Shown here: positions 25,361 to 40,900 of the stretch, in pieces | Numbering within the stretch: position 1 is the first letter of the stretch | How the letters are laid out: the number at the start of each line of letters is the position of its first letter | Origin: Eledone cirrhosa | Taxonomy: Eukaryota | Length of the DNA stretch: 64,000 nt | NCBI GenBank assembly: GCA_964016885.1 | Contig: OZ024741.1 | Location: forward strand, 406,224,001 to 406,288,000 | Direction of reading: 5' to 3' | Translations under genes and position numbers: made by a program | The notes under the pieces: generated by a model | Database searches by the model: none | What the model saw: only the letters and a program-made list of their open reading frames with translations | Told to the model about the DNA's origin: nothing

Positions 25361-26251
25361 TTAATTGTAAGTTGTGATGTTGCTGTTCCACTCATATTTT
25401 CTATTTAATTTTGGTTGTAATTCTTTTATGTTTATTGCCTCTGTAATTTGTCTAAACATTGCGTCTTTTCTGTGTGTAGATTCTATTTTTATTTCTATGT
25501 TCTCTAATTTATCCTTATGTTCTATTTTTGCATGTTGGTAGAGTACAGATGATGCTTTATTATCTTGAAGGGATCGCCAGTGTTCATTTATCCGTTCCCC
25601 TACACTACGAGCTGTCTCACCTATGTACACTATATTTTTGTCTCTACATTGTCCTTCAGTACATCTTATGCTATACACTACATTTCTAGTTTTACAGTTA
25701 ATATGGGGGGTTATTTTACAGGTTATACATTTCTTATCTATACATGAGGGTCTTTGAAAAGGGTATGTCTTGCTAATAAGTGTTTTTATGGAGGTACCTG
25801 GTCTTTCTACTATCTTAATATTGAGTTTATGTTTATTTAGGGCCCTTCTAAATTTGTAAGCTAATTCACCTCTAGGGGTTGTATCGATGAACATTACACT
25901 CTGGTATTTATTGCTATCATACCATGAGTTTATTCTATTAGCCTTGTTCCTAGTTCTTTCTATTCTATTCCAAAATTTGCTCCTATACAGGGGGCAGGTC
26001 CCATTTATGTCATTATTTACCATTTTTTCCCATTTGGTTCTGGCTCCTCTATACACTCTGATTTTATCTCTCTGATTGTAGCCAGAGAACCGCATACGGT
26101 GGATGAAGTGTTGTATGTGTCTCTCTAGTTCTTCGGGGTTGCACATGCGGGACACATTTCTCATCACCCGTACCAAATCCGCAACCAGTATGTTGATTTT
26201 GGTGTGGTCCGAAATGGCCGCGTTTCGGTGGATCAGATGTTTGGAAGTCAT
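25361..26251 (-). CDS. 5'-truncated Penelope-like element ORF: RT thumb, Cys-rich linker, GIY-YIG endonuclease (Neptune-like)
   Basis: 296 aa open; CIDKKCITC..CKTRNVVYSIRC...C...YIGETARSVGERINEH...LYQH...EAINI...P.LN. Confidence 0.9.
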   Translation of the reverse strand: MTSKHLIHRNAAISDHTKINILVADLVRVMRNVSRMCNPEELERHIQHFIHRMRFSGYNQRDKIRVYRGARTKWEKMVNNDINGTCPLYRSKFWNRIERTRNKANRINSWYDSNKYQSVMFIDTTPRGELAYKFRRALNKHKLNIKIVERPGTSIKTLISKTYPFQRPSCIDKKCITCKITPHINCKTRNVVYSIRCTEGQCRDKNIVYIGETARSVGERINEHWRSLQDNKASSVLYQHAKIEHKDKLENIEIKIESTHRKDAMFRQITEAINIKELQPKLNRKYEWNSNITTYN

Positions 26252-26379
26252 GGGTTTGGCATAATGGGAATGGAGGATTTGTTTTTTGTTGTTAATGGTA
26301 TCGCTGTGGTGTCAGAGTTCAGATTTTCTATTGAAGTGAAGATATGTATGTTTATTTGTGTAACATTCACTATATATAT

Positions 26380-26477
<98 letters not shown>

Positions 26478-26700
26478 AACATTAAATACGGTTTAATATA
26501 CATTATGTCAACACCATAATATGACATACACACACACACATAACACCTTCTACTTTAGAAAATAAAAACCCGAACTAAATAAACCTTAACATACGTTTGC
26601 ACTGGCAATACAACAGCAAACACGAATAAGTAAGGAAAATATGTTCATTCAAAAATATTCCTACTAAAGGAATCACTTTCCTACACACACACATACACAC

Positions 26701-26733
<33 letters not shown>

Positions 26734-26981
26734 TCTCTTCATCTTAACATGCTAACCATACTCCCACACACATAACACCCATACACACACATAACAACCC
26801 CAACACCTACAATTCCCTCCCCATTTCTACTAATAGAACCACTTTCCTACACACACATATATATACACACACACAAAATATATATTCTCTCTATCTAATA
26901 TACTCGCACACACACACATAACACCCATATACACACACACACAACTCCCTCCCCCATTTCTACTAATAGAATCATCTTCCA

Positions 26982-27027
<46 letters not shown>

Positions 27028-27539
27028 ACACAAGCACACAAATAAACATACATATCTTCACTTCAATAGAAAATCTGAACTCTGACACCCCGGCGAGCTG
27101 GCCATATTCACTGAACCAGAACATTTCTCCCAATCCCTTTTCTCTTGACCACTATCTCTCCATTGTCATAACATTCGCTATAAAGACTACAGAATAGTTT
27201 TCCAAATAAGGGCGCAAAAATGTAATGAAAACTTGTTCACGTGACAGCCAAATTTCATTTATAACCAACCCCCAAAAAAGCCTTCGTGAGCCTCCTTTTT
27301 TCAAGTAAAAAGAAATTCAAACACTCATATATGAAAAACCAACCTGTGACACCCCCCCCCTCTAATTTGAAGAACTATTGTAACGCGAACTGGCGCGAAA
27401 TTTATTATAATTATTGACAAACCAATCAAATTACTTCTCGAAAAACCTGGCATTTCGAGCCACTTTTTCCATATAAAACAAGTAACATTCAGAGACCAAC
27501 CAGATGTGAGAAAAACCACAGACCCTCCATCTCAACTCA

Positions 27540-27577
27540 CCTTTTGAAAAGCAGAAGAACTGCGAAACCGGTAAAGG
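27540..27577 (+). ncRNA. Minimal hammerhead ribozyme, U3-A8 covariant core
   Basis: CCTT-TTGAAAA-GCAG-AAGAA-CTGC-GAAA-CCGG-TA-AAGG; palindromic stem III ACCGGT. Confidence 0.8.
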
Positions 27578-27647
27578 AACCAAATAAATATATATATATT
27601 TTTTTTTAAATAACACTCCAGTTGCATTTTCGATTTCATCTCTTTTT

Positions 27648-27783
<136 letters not shown>

Positions 27784-27854
27784 AAAAAGGGATGAAATCG
27801 AAAATGCAACTGAAGTCTAATTTTTTAAAAAAATATATATATTTTTATTTGGTT

Positions 27855-27892
27855 CCTTTACCGGTTTCGCAGTTCTTCTGCTTTTCAAAAGG
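27855..27892 (-). ncRNA. Minimal hammerhead ribozyme, U3-A8 core (inverted identical copy)
   Basis: Reverse complement of 27540-27577. Confidence 0.8.
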
Positions 27893-28071
27893 TGAGTTGA
27901 GATGGAGGGTCTGTGGTCTTTCTCACATCTGGTAAAGGAACCAAATAAAAAAATATATATTTTTTAAAAAAATAAGACTTCAGTTGCATTTTCGATTTCA
28001 TCCCTTTTTCTTTATACTTCCACTCGTGTAGGACACCTCGGTTATTTTTCATTTTGTAAAAAGAACCTCAC

Positions 28072-28163
<92 letters not shown>

Positions 28164-28189
28164 AATATATATATATATATATAATATAG

Positions 28190-28233
<44 letters not shown>

Positions 28234-28390
28234 AAAATGGCTTCTACAGGACTAGAACTATTTCATTCGAAGGATGAAGCTATTTCTATATTTAAAAAAT
28301 GTATTCTCTGGTATGTATTGAGTACCTTACTTACTGTGGTTAGCCCCGATTAAACCCGGGATACACACACACACTCACACACACATATAC

Positions 28391-28452
<62 letters not shown>

Positions 28453-28567
28453 CGAAGGAAGTGCGGTAAGGAACCAGGTGGACCATAAAGCACCAGAGTA
28501 CTAAGACAGAAATAGCTGTCGAAACGACCGGAGCTCAGCCGTCGGGGTCCTGACTCTTTTACTATAC

Positions 28568-28646
<79 letters not shown>

Positions 28647-30524
28647 ATAACACACACGCATTTATTCCTCGTTAACCCATGTTTCAACAACCAATATTTG
28701 TTACAATAATATTTGTATAAACTGCTGCAACAGTCTGACACCGATTCCTAAACACTATTGTTTATATTATTAGTCTAAGTTAAATAGATTTCAATATCTC
28801 TAATGAAATTTGTATTACTTGTCTGCCATTCTAACGTCCACTGATATAATGTTAATATTTGATCCAATATAATGGCGTATTAGGCTTGTATTACACTTTT
28901 AAACCTTAACTGTGCTACACTCGTTCAAATAATATAGATTATTGGAAATGTTTTAGAAAAGAAATAACAATAGAAACGAAATATAAATAATTGTTTTAAT
29001 TAAATTAATCAATTGCGATTGTTTAATTACGATATTAATTGTTAAATATATAATTGATTAGGCAACATATTTAATATTAAACGAAGTTTTGATTCATTTT
29101 ACCACCAGGATGAACGGCGGCGAATTGGCAGAGTCGTTAGAGCATCGAATAGAGTGCTTTGTGATACGCGTTTTTGCTCTCTGCTCTCTGAGTTCAAATT
29201 CTTACGAGGTCAACTTTGCTTTTTATCCTTTTGAGGTCGATAAAAAAAGTGATGGAGGTGGTGGTGGTGGTGGTAGTGATGGTGGTGGTAGTGGTGGTGG
29301 TGGTGATGAAGGTGGTGATGGGGGTGGTGGTGGTGGTGGAGATGTGGGTGGTGGTGGTGGTCGTCGTCGTCGTCGTGATGTATGACCACAGGTGCGCCAT
29401 GAACGAACAAACTTATGATGAAAAGCCTTCCAATGATGGCCGTTAGGTCTTTTAGTCGGACATATTGTATCTTATTCTTCTTACCCGTAAGTCCCGAGTG
29501 AGTCATACGGGCGCCATATTTACATATGGCGTTTCTAGGGCATTTATAAACCTGACGGAGCCCATCTCCTCTCCAGGTCTGAATACTGCTGATTTCTTCC
29601 AGAGAATGGTAGAGAGAGAGAAAGGGAGTGAGAAAGAGATATTGAGGAAGAATGGACTCCAGTAGTAGACTGGTACTTTTTGTATCGATGAAAGGCAAAT
29701 TTGACCTCAGTGTATCTAGGAATACATTATCAAATTTGTTTTTCGTTTTCAAGACAATATAGTTGTACTTGAGGGAGATACGGGTGCTACTTCCAGCATG
29801 TTGAGCAACCATGTAGAGACACGTGCTTTTGAAAAGCATCAGTAACATTTAGCGATAAAATGATTTTAATGAGTAAGTGAAATGGCTTTTATCTTCTTGA
29901 CGTGTAAAGCTTTCTATATCGCAGCCATTAAACCTAATATTGTACTCTAGGCTTTTAGAATTCAACTGAAACATGCAGTTGATCCATTTCTTTAATAAAA
30001 GTGCCAGAAATACAAACATGAAATATATGAATTTTTCCGAAAATAGATTTCCTAAGGATATGACTTGTTGAAGCACTTTCTTCTGAGCTGTAGTTCCATA
30101 AAGTTCTTTGGAATATATTGAAGAATTATTCAAAGAGAAAAGACTAAAATCGATCTAATATTTTAATCTCTCTTCTATAAACATGGAGAGGTTTTGCTTT
30201 CATACATTTTTTAATTTATTTAACATTAAATAGAAGCAGACATGCTTCCACACAACTTCTGCATGTCAAATATTTATAAGACCTGAGGCTATAGTAATAG
30301 AAATCATGTTGGTAATAATAGATCCAATGAAACCGAATCCAAGGTCACTTACTCACAGAGCTGGATAGGAATAAACTATGATATAAAGGGTGGTGTGCTC
30401 ATGCATGGAGATGCTATAGAATATCTTATAGAATAGGGTGAAGTCCTTAAAGAGGGGAAAAGTAGTTGCTGTCGTCACTTTATTCGTCGTTCTACTTATA
30501 CTGCCAATCCACTATATTTTATAT

Positions 30525-30975
30525 GGATATAACTATCTTGCCAACAACAATCCTGAACACATTTTTGATTTCCATGTGTCTAACACACGTGGGCATGCCA
30601 ACAAAGTCAGAAAACAGCACAGCTCTCATGACTTTCGGGAACATTTTTTCATGCTCAGAGTTGCTGAAGTATGGAACAAACTACCTGCATCAGTTGTCAC
30701 CTGTCGAGACACTGTATCCTTTAAAACCTCCATGGAACAAACTACCAGCATCAGTTGTTAGCTGTCGAGACACTGCATCCTTTAAAACCTCCATGCTTCC
30801 TGAGATTCGCCAACACTACACCTAATATTCCCCCTCCATAGACGCGTACACATGAATATAATGACTCATACACTCTTCACTTCCCTGACATTTGTATATT
30901 ATTCTATGTACTATACATGCACCTTTGATGAGTTGTAGTGCACCTGAGCACTGTACATAATAATTTCATTATTAT
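30525..30975 (+). mobile_element. CR1/L2-like LINE 3' end with ~60-bp internal duplication
   Basis: NTRGH.NKVRKQ...REHFFMLRVAEVWNKLP..VV..FK; tggaacaaactacc segment duplicated; (att)n-like tail. Confidence 0.8.
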
Positions 30976-31974
30976 TTACGGATATGATAATGGGACCTTA
31001 GTAATTTGGTCTAGCAGATGAACAAGTGCTAGAGATAAGAAATAAGGCCCTGACCATTCAGTTGAGTGTCTTGTGATGTATCGACTTAACCATTTTATCA
31101 ACTGACCAGATAGGGGATTTCTCAGACAACGAAAAGTAAACTACCGATACCAACTTTAAAAGTATATTTCTCTCAATAAAACTACAGCCATTAAAATAGT
31201 TATTAAAATGACACATACTGAATGTTTAATATTTCAACTAAGTTTGTGGTTGTGTTAAGTTCTACAATCCTTGGAATAAGACACAACTCCACAGGTTTCT
31301 ATGAAAGGTTGGACACACCAGAGGTTTCTATGACAACTAGGACACACCAGTTTGTTGGAGTCCTTAGCAGATTGGCTCACGTAAGGAATCGATTATAGAA
31401 CTGCAATTAATCGAAACAGTGGTTCGTTTTAAAGATAATAGAGTACGTTGGATTGGCAAAATTGTTAGAGCGTCAGATAAAGTAGAATTGTGTTCATAGT
31501 TCAAATCCCACCAAGATCAACTTTGCTTTTCATCAATCCGGGTCTGATTGAATAAAATAACAGTCAAGTACTGGAATTGATTTAATCAACTTCGCCCATC
31601 CTGCAGATTTCTTGTCTTCACGTCTAAAAATCAGTTTTAAAAGTCATTAGAGCATCGAATTAGGTGCCTCGTGGTTTTTCTTCTCTGTTTCTACACCCCG
31701 AGTTCGAAACATGTTGAGGTTGACTTTATCTTTCATCCTTTCGGAGTCAGAAATAAAATATCAGTCCAGGGCAGGTGAATTTGTGGAATTGGTAGAGCGT
31801 CTAACATGAGGTAATGTGGTAACGCTTTCAGTCTTTTGTGTTTTGAGTTCGATTACGATGAAACTGGAGTTAGACTGTATTGACTCTTGTCTTTCTCTTC
31901 GATATAATCGGTGGCGTTGAAAGAGGAATATAGCATGGCGACCTGCACCTGACAGAGGAATATTCCACATGTAG

Positions 31975-34900
31975 ATTCACGGTCACCAGAGACACACGGT
32001 CACCAGAGACACACTGTCACCAGAGACACACGGTCACCAGAGACACACTGTCACCAGAGACACACTGTTACCAGAGACACACTGTCACCAGAGACACACT
32101 GTCATCAGAGACACACTGTCACCAGAGACACACTGTCACCGGAGACACACTGTCACCAGAGACACACTGTCACCAGAGACACACAGTTACCAGAGACACA
32201 CAGTTACCAGAGACACACTGTCACCAGAGACACACTGTCACCAGAGACACACTGTCACCAGAGACACACTGTCACCAGAGATACACTGTCACCAAAGACT
32301 CACTGTCACCAGAGACACTGTCACCAGAGACACACGTTCACCAGAGACACACGGTCACCAGAGACACACTGTCACCAGAGACACACTGTCACCAGAGATA
32401 CACTGTCACGAAAGACTCACTGTCACCAGAGACACACTGTCACCTGAGACACGCGGTCACCAGAGACACACGGTCACCAGAGACACACTGTCACCAGAGA
32501 CACACTGTCACCAGAGACACTGTCACCAGAGACAATGTCACCATAGAGACACTGTCACCAGAGACACACTGTCACCAGAGACACACTGTCACCAGACGCA
32601 CACTGTCACCAGAGACACACGGTCACCAGAGACACACTGTCACCAGAGACACACTGTCACCAGAGACACACTGTCACCAGAGACACACTGTCACCAGAGA
32701 CACACTGTCACCAGAGACACACTGTCACCAGAGACACACTGTCACCAGAGACACACTGTCACCAGAGACACACTGTCACCAGAGACACACGGTCACCAGA
32801 GACACACTGTCACCAGAGACACACTGTCACCAGAGACACACTGCCACCAGAGACACACTGTCACCAGAGACACACGGTCACCAGAGACACACGGTCACCA
32901 GAGACACACGGTCACCAGAGACACACTGTTACCAGAGACACACGGTCACCAGAGACACACTGTCACCAGAGACACACTGTCACCAGAGACACACTGCCAC
33001 CAGAGACACACTGTCACCAGAGACACACGGTCACCAGAGACACACGGTCACCAGAGACACACGGTCACCAGAGACACACTGTAACCAGAGACACACTGTC
33101 ACCAGAGACACACTGTCACCAGAGATACACTGTCACCAGAGACTCACTGTCACCAGAGACACACTGTAACCAGAGACACACGGTCACCAGAGACACACTG
33201 TCACCAGAGACACACGTTCACCAGAGACACACTGTCGCCAGAGACACACTGTCACCAGAGACACACTGTCACCAGAGACACACGGTCACCAGAGACACAC
33301 TGTCACCAGAGACACACGGTCACCAGAGACACACTGTCACCAGAGACACACTGTCACCAGAGACACACGGTCAACCTGAGACACACTGTCATCAGAGGCA
33401 CACTGTCACCAGAGACACCCTCTCACCAGAGACACACGGTCACCAGAGACACACTGTCACCAGAGACACACTGTCACCAGAGACACACTGTCACCAGAGA
33501 CACACTGTCACCAGAGACACACTGTCACCAGAGACACACTGTCACCAGAGACACACTGTCACCAGAGACACACGGTCACCAGAGACACACTGTCACCAGA
33601 GACACACTGTCACCAGAGACACACTGTCGCCAGAGACACACTGTCACCAGAGACACACTGTCACCAGAGACACACGGTCACCAGAGACACACTGTCACCA
33701 GAGACACACGGTCACCAGAGACACACTGTCACCAGAGACACACTGTCACCAGAGACACACGGTCAACCTGAGACACACTGTCATCAGAGACACACTGTCA
33801 CCAGAGACACACTCTCACCAGAGACACACGGTCACCAGAGACACACTGTCACCAGAGACACACTGTCACCAGAGACACACTGTCACCAGAGACACACTGT
33901 CACCAGAGACACACTGTCACCAGAGACACACGGTCACCAGAGACACACTGTCACCAGAGACACACTCTCACCAGAGACACACTGTCGCCAGAGACACACT
34001 GTCACCAGAGACACACTGTCACCAGAGACACACGGTCACCAGAGACACACTGTCACCAGAGACACACGGTCACCAGAGACACACTGTCACCAGAGACACA
34101 CTGTCACCAGAGACACACGGTCAACCTGAGACACACTGTCATCAGAGACACACTGTCACCAGAGACACACTCTCACCAGAGACACACTGTCACCAGAGAC
34201 ACACTGTCACCAGAGACACACTCTCACCGGAGACACACTGTCACCAGAGACACACGGTCACCAGAGACACACTGTCACCAGAGACACACCGTCACCAGAG
34301 ACACATTGTCACCAGAGACACACTGTCACCAGAGACACACGGTCACCAGAGACACACGGTCACCAGAGACACACTGTCACCAGAGACACACTGTCACCAG
34401 AGACAATGTCACCAGAGAGACACTGTCACCAGAGACACACTGTCACCAGAGACACACTATCACCAGAGACACACTGTCACCAGAGACACACGGTCACCAG
34501 AGACACACTGTCACCAGAGACACACTGTCACCAGAGACACACTGTCACCAGAGACACACTGTCACCAGAGACACACTGTCACCAGAGACACACTGTCACC
34601 AGAGACACACTATCACCAGAGACACACTGTCACCAGAGACACACGGTCACCAGAGACACACTGTCACCAGAGACACACTGTCACCAGAGACACACTGTCA
34701 CCAGAGACACACTGTCACCAGAGACACACTGTCACCAGAGACACACGGTCACCAGAGACACACTGTCACCAGAGACACACTGTCACCAGAGACACACTGC
34801 CACCAGAGACACACTGTCACCAGAGACACACGGTCACCAGAGACACACGGTCACCAGAGACACACGGTCACCAGAGACACACTGTTACCAGAGACACACT

Positions 34901-37900
34901 GTCACCAGAGACACACTGTCACCAGAGATACACTGTCACCAGAGACTCACTGTCACCAGAGACACACTGTCACCAGAGACACACGGTCACCAGAGACACA
35001 CTGTCACCAGAGACACACTGTCACCAGAGACACACTGTCGCCAGAGACACACTGTCACCAGAGACACACTGTCACCAGAGACACACTGTCACCAGAGACA
35101 CACTGTCACCAGAGACACACGGTCACCAGAGACACACTGTCACCAGAGACACACTGTCACCAGAGACACACGGTCAACCTGAGACACACTGTCATCAGAG
35201 ACACACTGTCACCAGAGACACACTCTCACCAGAGACACACGGTCACCAGAGACACACTGTCACCAGAGACACACTGTCACCAGAGACACACTGTCACCAG
35301 AGACACACTGTCACCAGAGACACACTGTCACCAGAGGCACACTGTCACCAGAGACACACTGTCACCAGAGACACACGGTCACCAGAGACACACTGTCACC
35401 AGAGACACACTGTCACCAGAGACACACTGCCACCAGAGACACACTGTCACCAGAGACACACGGTCACCAGAGACACACGGTCACCAGAGACACACGGTCA
35501 CCAGAGACACACTGTTACCAGAGACACACTGTCACCAGAGACACACTGTCACCAGAGATACACTGTTACCAGAGACTCACTGTCACCAGAGACACACTGT
35601 CACCAGAGACACACGGTCACCAGAGACACACTGTCACCAGAGACACACTGTCACCAGAGACACACTGTCGCCAGAGACACACAGTCACCAGAGACACACT
35701 GTCACCAGAGACACACGGTCACCAGAGACACACTGTCACCAGAGACACAGGGTCACCAGAGACACACTGTCACCAGAGACACACTGTCACCAGAGACACA
35801 CGGTCAACCTGAGACACACTGTCATCAGAGACACACTGTCACCAGAGACACACTCTCACCAGAAACACACGGTCACCAGAGACACACTGTCACCAGAGAC
35901 ACACTCTCACCAGAGACACACTGTCACCAGAGACACACGTTCACCAGAGACACACGGTCACCAGAGACACACTGTCACCAGAGACACACCGTCACCAGAG
36001 ACACATTGTCACCAGAGACACACTGTCACCAGAGACACACTGTCACCAGAGACACACGGTCAACCTGAGACACACTGTCATCAGAGACACACTGTCACCA
36101 GAGACACACTCTCACCAGAGACACACTGTCACCAGAGACACACTGTCACCAGAGACACACTCTCACCGGAGACACACTGTCACCAGAGACACACGGTCAC
36201 CAGAGACACACTGTCACCAGAGACACACCGTCACCAGAGACACATTGTCACCAGAGACACACTGTCACCAGAGACACACGGTCACCAGAGACACACGGTC
36301 ACCAGAGACACACTGTCACCAGAGACACACTGTCACCAGAGACAATGTCACCAGAGAGACACTGTCACCAGAGACACACTGTCACCAGAGACACACTATC
36401 ACCAGAGACACACTGTCACCAGAGACACACGGTCACCAGAGACACACTGTCACCAGAGACACACTGTCACCAGAGACACACTGTCACCAGAGACACACTG
36501 TCACCAGAGACACACTGTCACCAGAGACACACTGTCACCAGAGACACACTATCACCAGAGACACACTGTCACCAGAGACACACGGTCACCAGAGACACAC
36601 TGTCACCAGAGACACACTGTCACCAGAGACACACTGTCACCAGAGACACACTGTCACCAGAGACACACTGTCACCAGAGACACACGGTCACCAGAGACAC
36701 ACTGTCACCAGAGACACACTGTCACCAGAGACACACTGCCACCAGAGACACACTGTCACCAGAGACACACGGTCACCAGAGACACACGGTCACCAGAGAC
36801 ACACGGTCACCAGAGACACACTGTTACCAGAGACACACTGTCACCAGAGACACACTGTCACCAGAGATACACTGTCACCAGAGACTCACTGTCACCAGAG
36901 ACACACTGTCACCAGAGACACACGGTCACCAGAGACACACTGTCACCAGAGACACACTGTCACCAGAGACACACTGTCGCCAGAGACACACTGTCACCAG
37001 AGACACACTGTCACCAGAGACACACTGTCACCAGAGACACACTGTCACCAGAGACACACGGTCACCAGAGACACACTGTCACCAGAGACACACTGTCACC
37101 AGAGACACACGGTCAACCTGAGACACACTGTCATCAGAGACACACTGTCACCAGAGACACACTCTCACCAGAGACACACGGTCACCAGAGACACACTGTC
37201 ACCAGAGACACACTGTCACCAGAGACACACTGTCACCAGAGACACACTGTCACCAGAGACACACTGTCACCAGAGGCACACTGTCACCAGAGACACACTG
37301 TCACCAGAGACACACGGTCACCAGAGACACACTGTCACCAGAGACACACTGTCACCAGAGACACACTGCCACCAGAGACACACTGTCACCAGAGACACAC
37401 GGTCACCAGAGACACACGGTCACCAGAGACACACGGTCACCAGAGACACACTGTTACCAGAGACACACTGTCACCAGAGACACACTGTCACCAGAGATAC
37501 ACTGTTACCAGAGACTCACTGTCACCAGAGACACACTGTCACCAGAGACACACGGTCACCAGAGACACACTGTCACCAGAGACACACTGTCACCAGAGAC
37601 ACACTGTCGCCAGAGACACACTGTCACCAGAGACACACTGTCACCAGAGACACACGGTCACCAGAGACACACTGTCACCAGAGACACAGGGTCACCAGAG
37701 ACACACTGTCACCAGAGACACACGGTCAACCTGAGACACACTGTCATCAGAGACACACTGTCACCAGAGACACACTCTCACCAGAAACACACGGTCACCA
37801 GAGACACACTGTCACCAGAGACACACTCTCACCAGAGACACACTGTCACCAGAGACACACGTTCACCAGAGACACACGGTCACCAGAGACACACTGTCAC

Positions 37901-40900
37901 CAGAGACACACCGTCACCAGAGACACATTGTCACCAGAGACACACTGTCACCAGAGACACACGGTCACCAGAGACACACGGTCACCAGAGACACACTGTC
38001 ACCAGAGACACTGTCACCAGAGACAATGTCACCAGAGAGACACTGTCACCAGAGACACACTGTCACCAGAGACACACTATCACCAGAGACACACTGTCAC
38101 CAGAGACACACGGTCACCAGAGACACACTGTCACCAGAGATACACAGTCACCAGAGACACACTGTCACCAGAGACACACGGTCAACCTGAGACACACTGT
38201 CATCAGAGACACACTGTCACCAGAGACACACTCTCACCAGAGACACACGGTCACCAGAGACACACTGTCACCAGAGACACACTGTCACCAGAGACACACT
38301 GTCACCAGAGACACACTGTCACCAGAGACATACTGTCACCAGAGACACACGGTCACCAGAGACACACTGTCACCAGAGACACACTGTCACCAGAGACACA
38401 CTGTCGCCAGAGACACACTGTCACCAGAGACACACTGTCACCAGAGACACACGGTCACCAGAGACACAAGGTCACCAGAGACACACTGTCACCAGAGACA
38501 CACTGTCACCAGAGACACACGGTCAACCTGAGACACACTGTCATCAGAGACACACTGTCACCAGAGACACACTCTCACCAGAGACACACGGTCACAAGAG
38601 ACACACTGTCACCAGAGACACACTGTCACCAGAGACACACTGTCACCAGAGACACACTGTCACCAGAGACACACTGTCACCAGAGACACACGGTCACCAG
38701 AGACACACTGTCACCAGAGACACACTCTCACCAGAGACACACTGTCGCCAGAGACACACTGTCACCAGAGACACACTGTCACCAGAGACACACGGTCACC
38801 AGAGACACACTGTCACCAGAGACACACGGTCACCAGAGACACACTGTCACCAGAGACACACTGTCACCAGAGACACACGGTCAACCTGAGACACACTGTC
38901 ATCAGAGACACACTGTCACCAGAGACACACTCTCACCAGAGACACACTGTCACCAGAGACACACTGTCACCAGAGACACACTCTCACCAGAGACACACTG
39001 TCACCAGAGACACACGGTCACCAGAGACACACTGTCACCAGAGACACACCGTCACCAGAGACACATTGTCACCAGAGACACACTGTCACCAGAGACACAC
39101 TGTCACCAGAGACACACTGTCACCAGAGACACACTGTCACCAGAGACACACTATCACCAGAGACACACTGTCACCAGAGACACACGGTCACCAGAGACAC
39201 ACTGTCACCAGAGACACACTGTCACCAGAGACACACTGTCACCAGAGACACACTGTCACCAGAGACACACTGTCACCAGAGACACACGGTCACCAGAGAC
39301 ACACTGTCACCAGAGACACACTGCCACCAGAGACACACTGCCACCAGAGACACACTGTCACCAGAGACACACGGTCACCAGAGACACACGGTCACCAGAG
39401 ACACACGGTCACCAGAGACACACTGTTACCAGAGACACACTGTCACCAGAGACACACTGTCACCAGAGATACACTGTCACCAGAGACTCACTGTCACCAG
39501 AGACACACTGTCACCAGAGACACACGGTCACCAGAGACACACTGTCACCAGAGACACACTGTCACCAGAGACACACTGTCGCCAGAGACACACTGTCACC
39601 AGAGACACACTGTCACCAGAGACACACTGTCACCAGAGACACACTGTCACCAGAGACACACGGTCACCAGAGACACACTGTCACCAGAGACACACTGTCA
39701 CCAGAGACACACGGTCAACCTGAGACACACTGTCATCAGAGACACACTGTCACCAGAGACACACTCTCACCAGAGACACACGGTCACCAGAGACACACTG
39801 TCACCAGAGACACACTGTCACCAGAGACACACTGTCACCAGAGACACACTGTCACCAGAGCCACACTGTCACCAGAGGCACACTGTCACCAGAGACACGC
39901 TGTCACCAGAGACACACGGTCACCAGAGACACACTGTCACCAGAGACACACTGTCACCAGAGACACACTGCCACCAGAGACACACTGTCACCAGAGACAC
40001 ACGGTCACCAGAGACACACGGTCACCAGAGACACACGGTCACCAGAGACACACTGTTACCAGAGACACACTGTCACCAGAGACACACTGTCACCAGAGAT
40101 ACACTGTTACCAGAGACTCACTGTCACCAGAGACACACTGTCACCAGAGACACACGGTCACCAGAGACACACTGTCACCAGAGACACACTGTCACCAGAG
40201 ACACACTGTCGCCAGAGACACACTGTCACCAGAGACACACTGTCACCAGAGACACACGGTCACCAGAGACACACTGTCACCAGAGACACAGGGTCACCAG
40301 AGACACACTGTCACCAGAGACACACTGTCACCAGAGACACACGGTCAACCTGAGACACACTGTCATCAGAGACACACTGTCAACAGAGACACACTCTCAC
40401 CAGAAACACACGGTCACCAGAGACACACTGTCACCAGAGACACACTCTCACCAGAGACACACTGTCACCAGAGACACACGGTCACCACAGACACACTGTC
40501 ACCAGAGACACACCGTCACCAGAGACACATTGTCACCAGAGACACACTGTCACCAGAGACACACGGTCACCAGAGACACACGGTCACCAGAGACACACTG
40601 TCACCAGAGACACTGTCACCAGAGACAATGTCACCAGAGAGACACTGTCACCAGAGACACACTGTCACCAGAGACACACTATCACCAGAGACACACTGTC
40701 ACCAGAGACACACGGTCACCAGAGACACACTGTCACCAGAGACACACTGTCACCAGAGACACACTGTCACCAGAGACACACTGTCACCAGAGACACACTG
40801 TCACCAGAGACACACTGTCACCAGAGACACACTATCACCAGAGACACACTGTCACCAGAGACACACGGTCACCAGAGACACACTGTCACCAGAGATACAC

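Noticed and set aside
28500-28560. GACAG-AAATAG-CTGTC-GAAAC...CCGTC half hammerhead; terminus shared with 796-820
   Set aside because: Stem II and GAAA are present but there is no core 5' of stem II; at best a decayed copy
29740-30133. Minus-strand ORFs of 94 and 212 aa with unique-looking sequence
   Set aside because: No recognisable motif; the longer ORF runs through SINE and microsatellite sequence; no supported splice structure
30694-30716. tgtcacc...gagacactgt in the CR1 tail resembling the nearby 17-bp satellite monomer
   Set aside because: Short gapped match, and the duplicate copy of this CR1 segment lacks it, so likely chance
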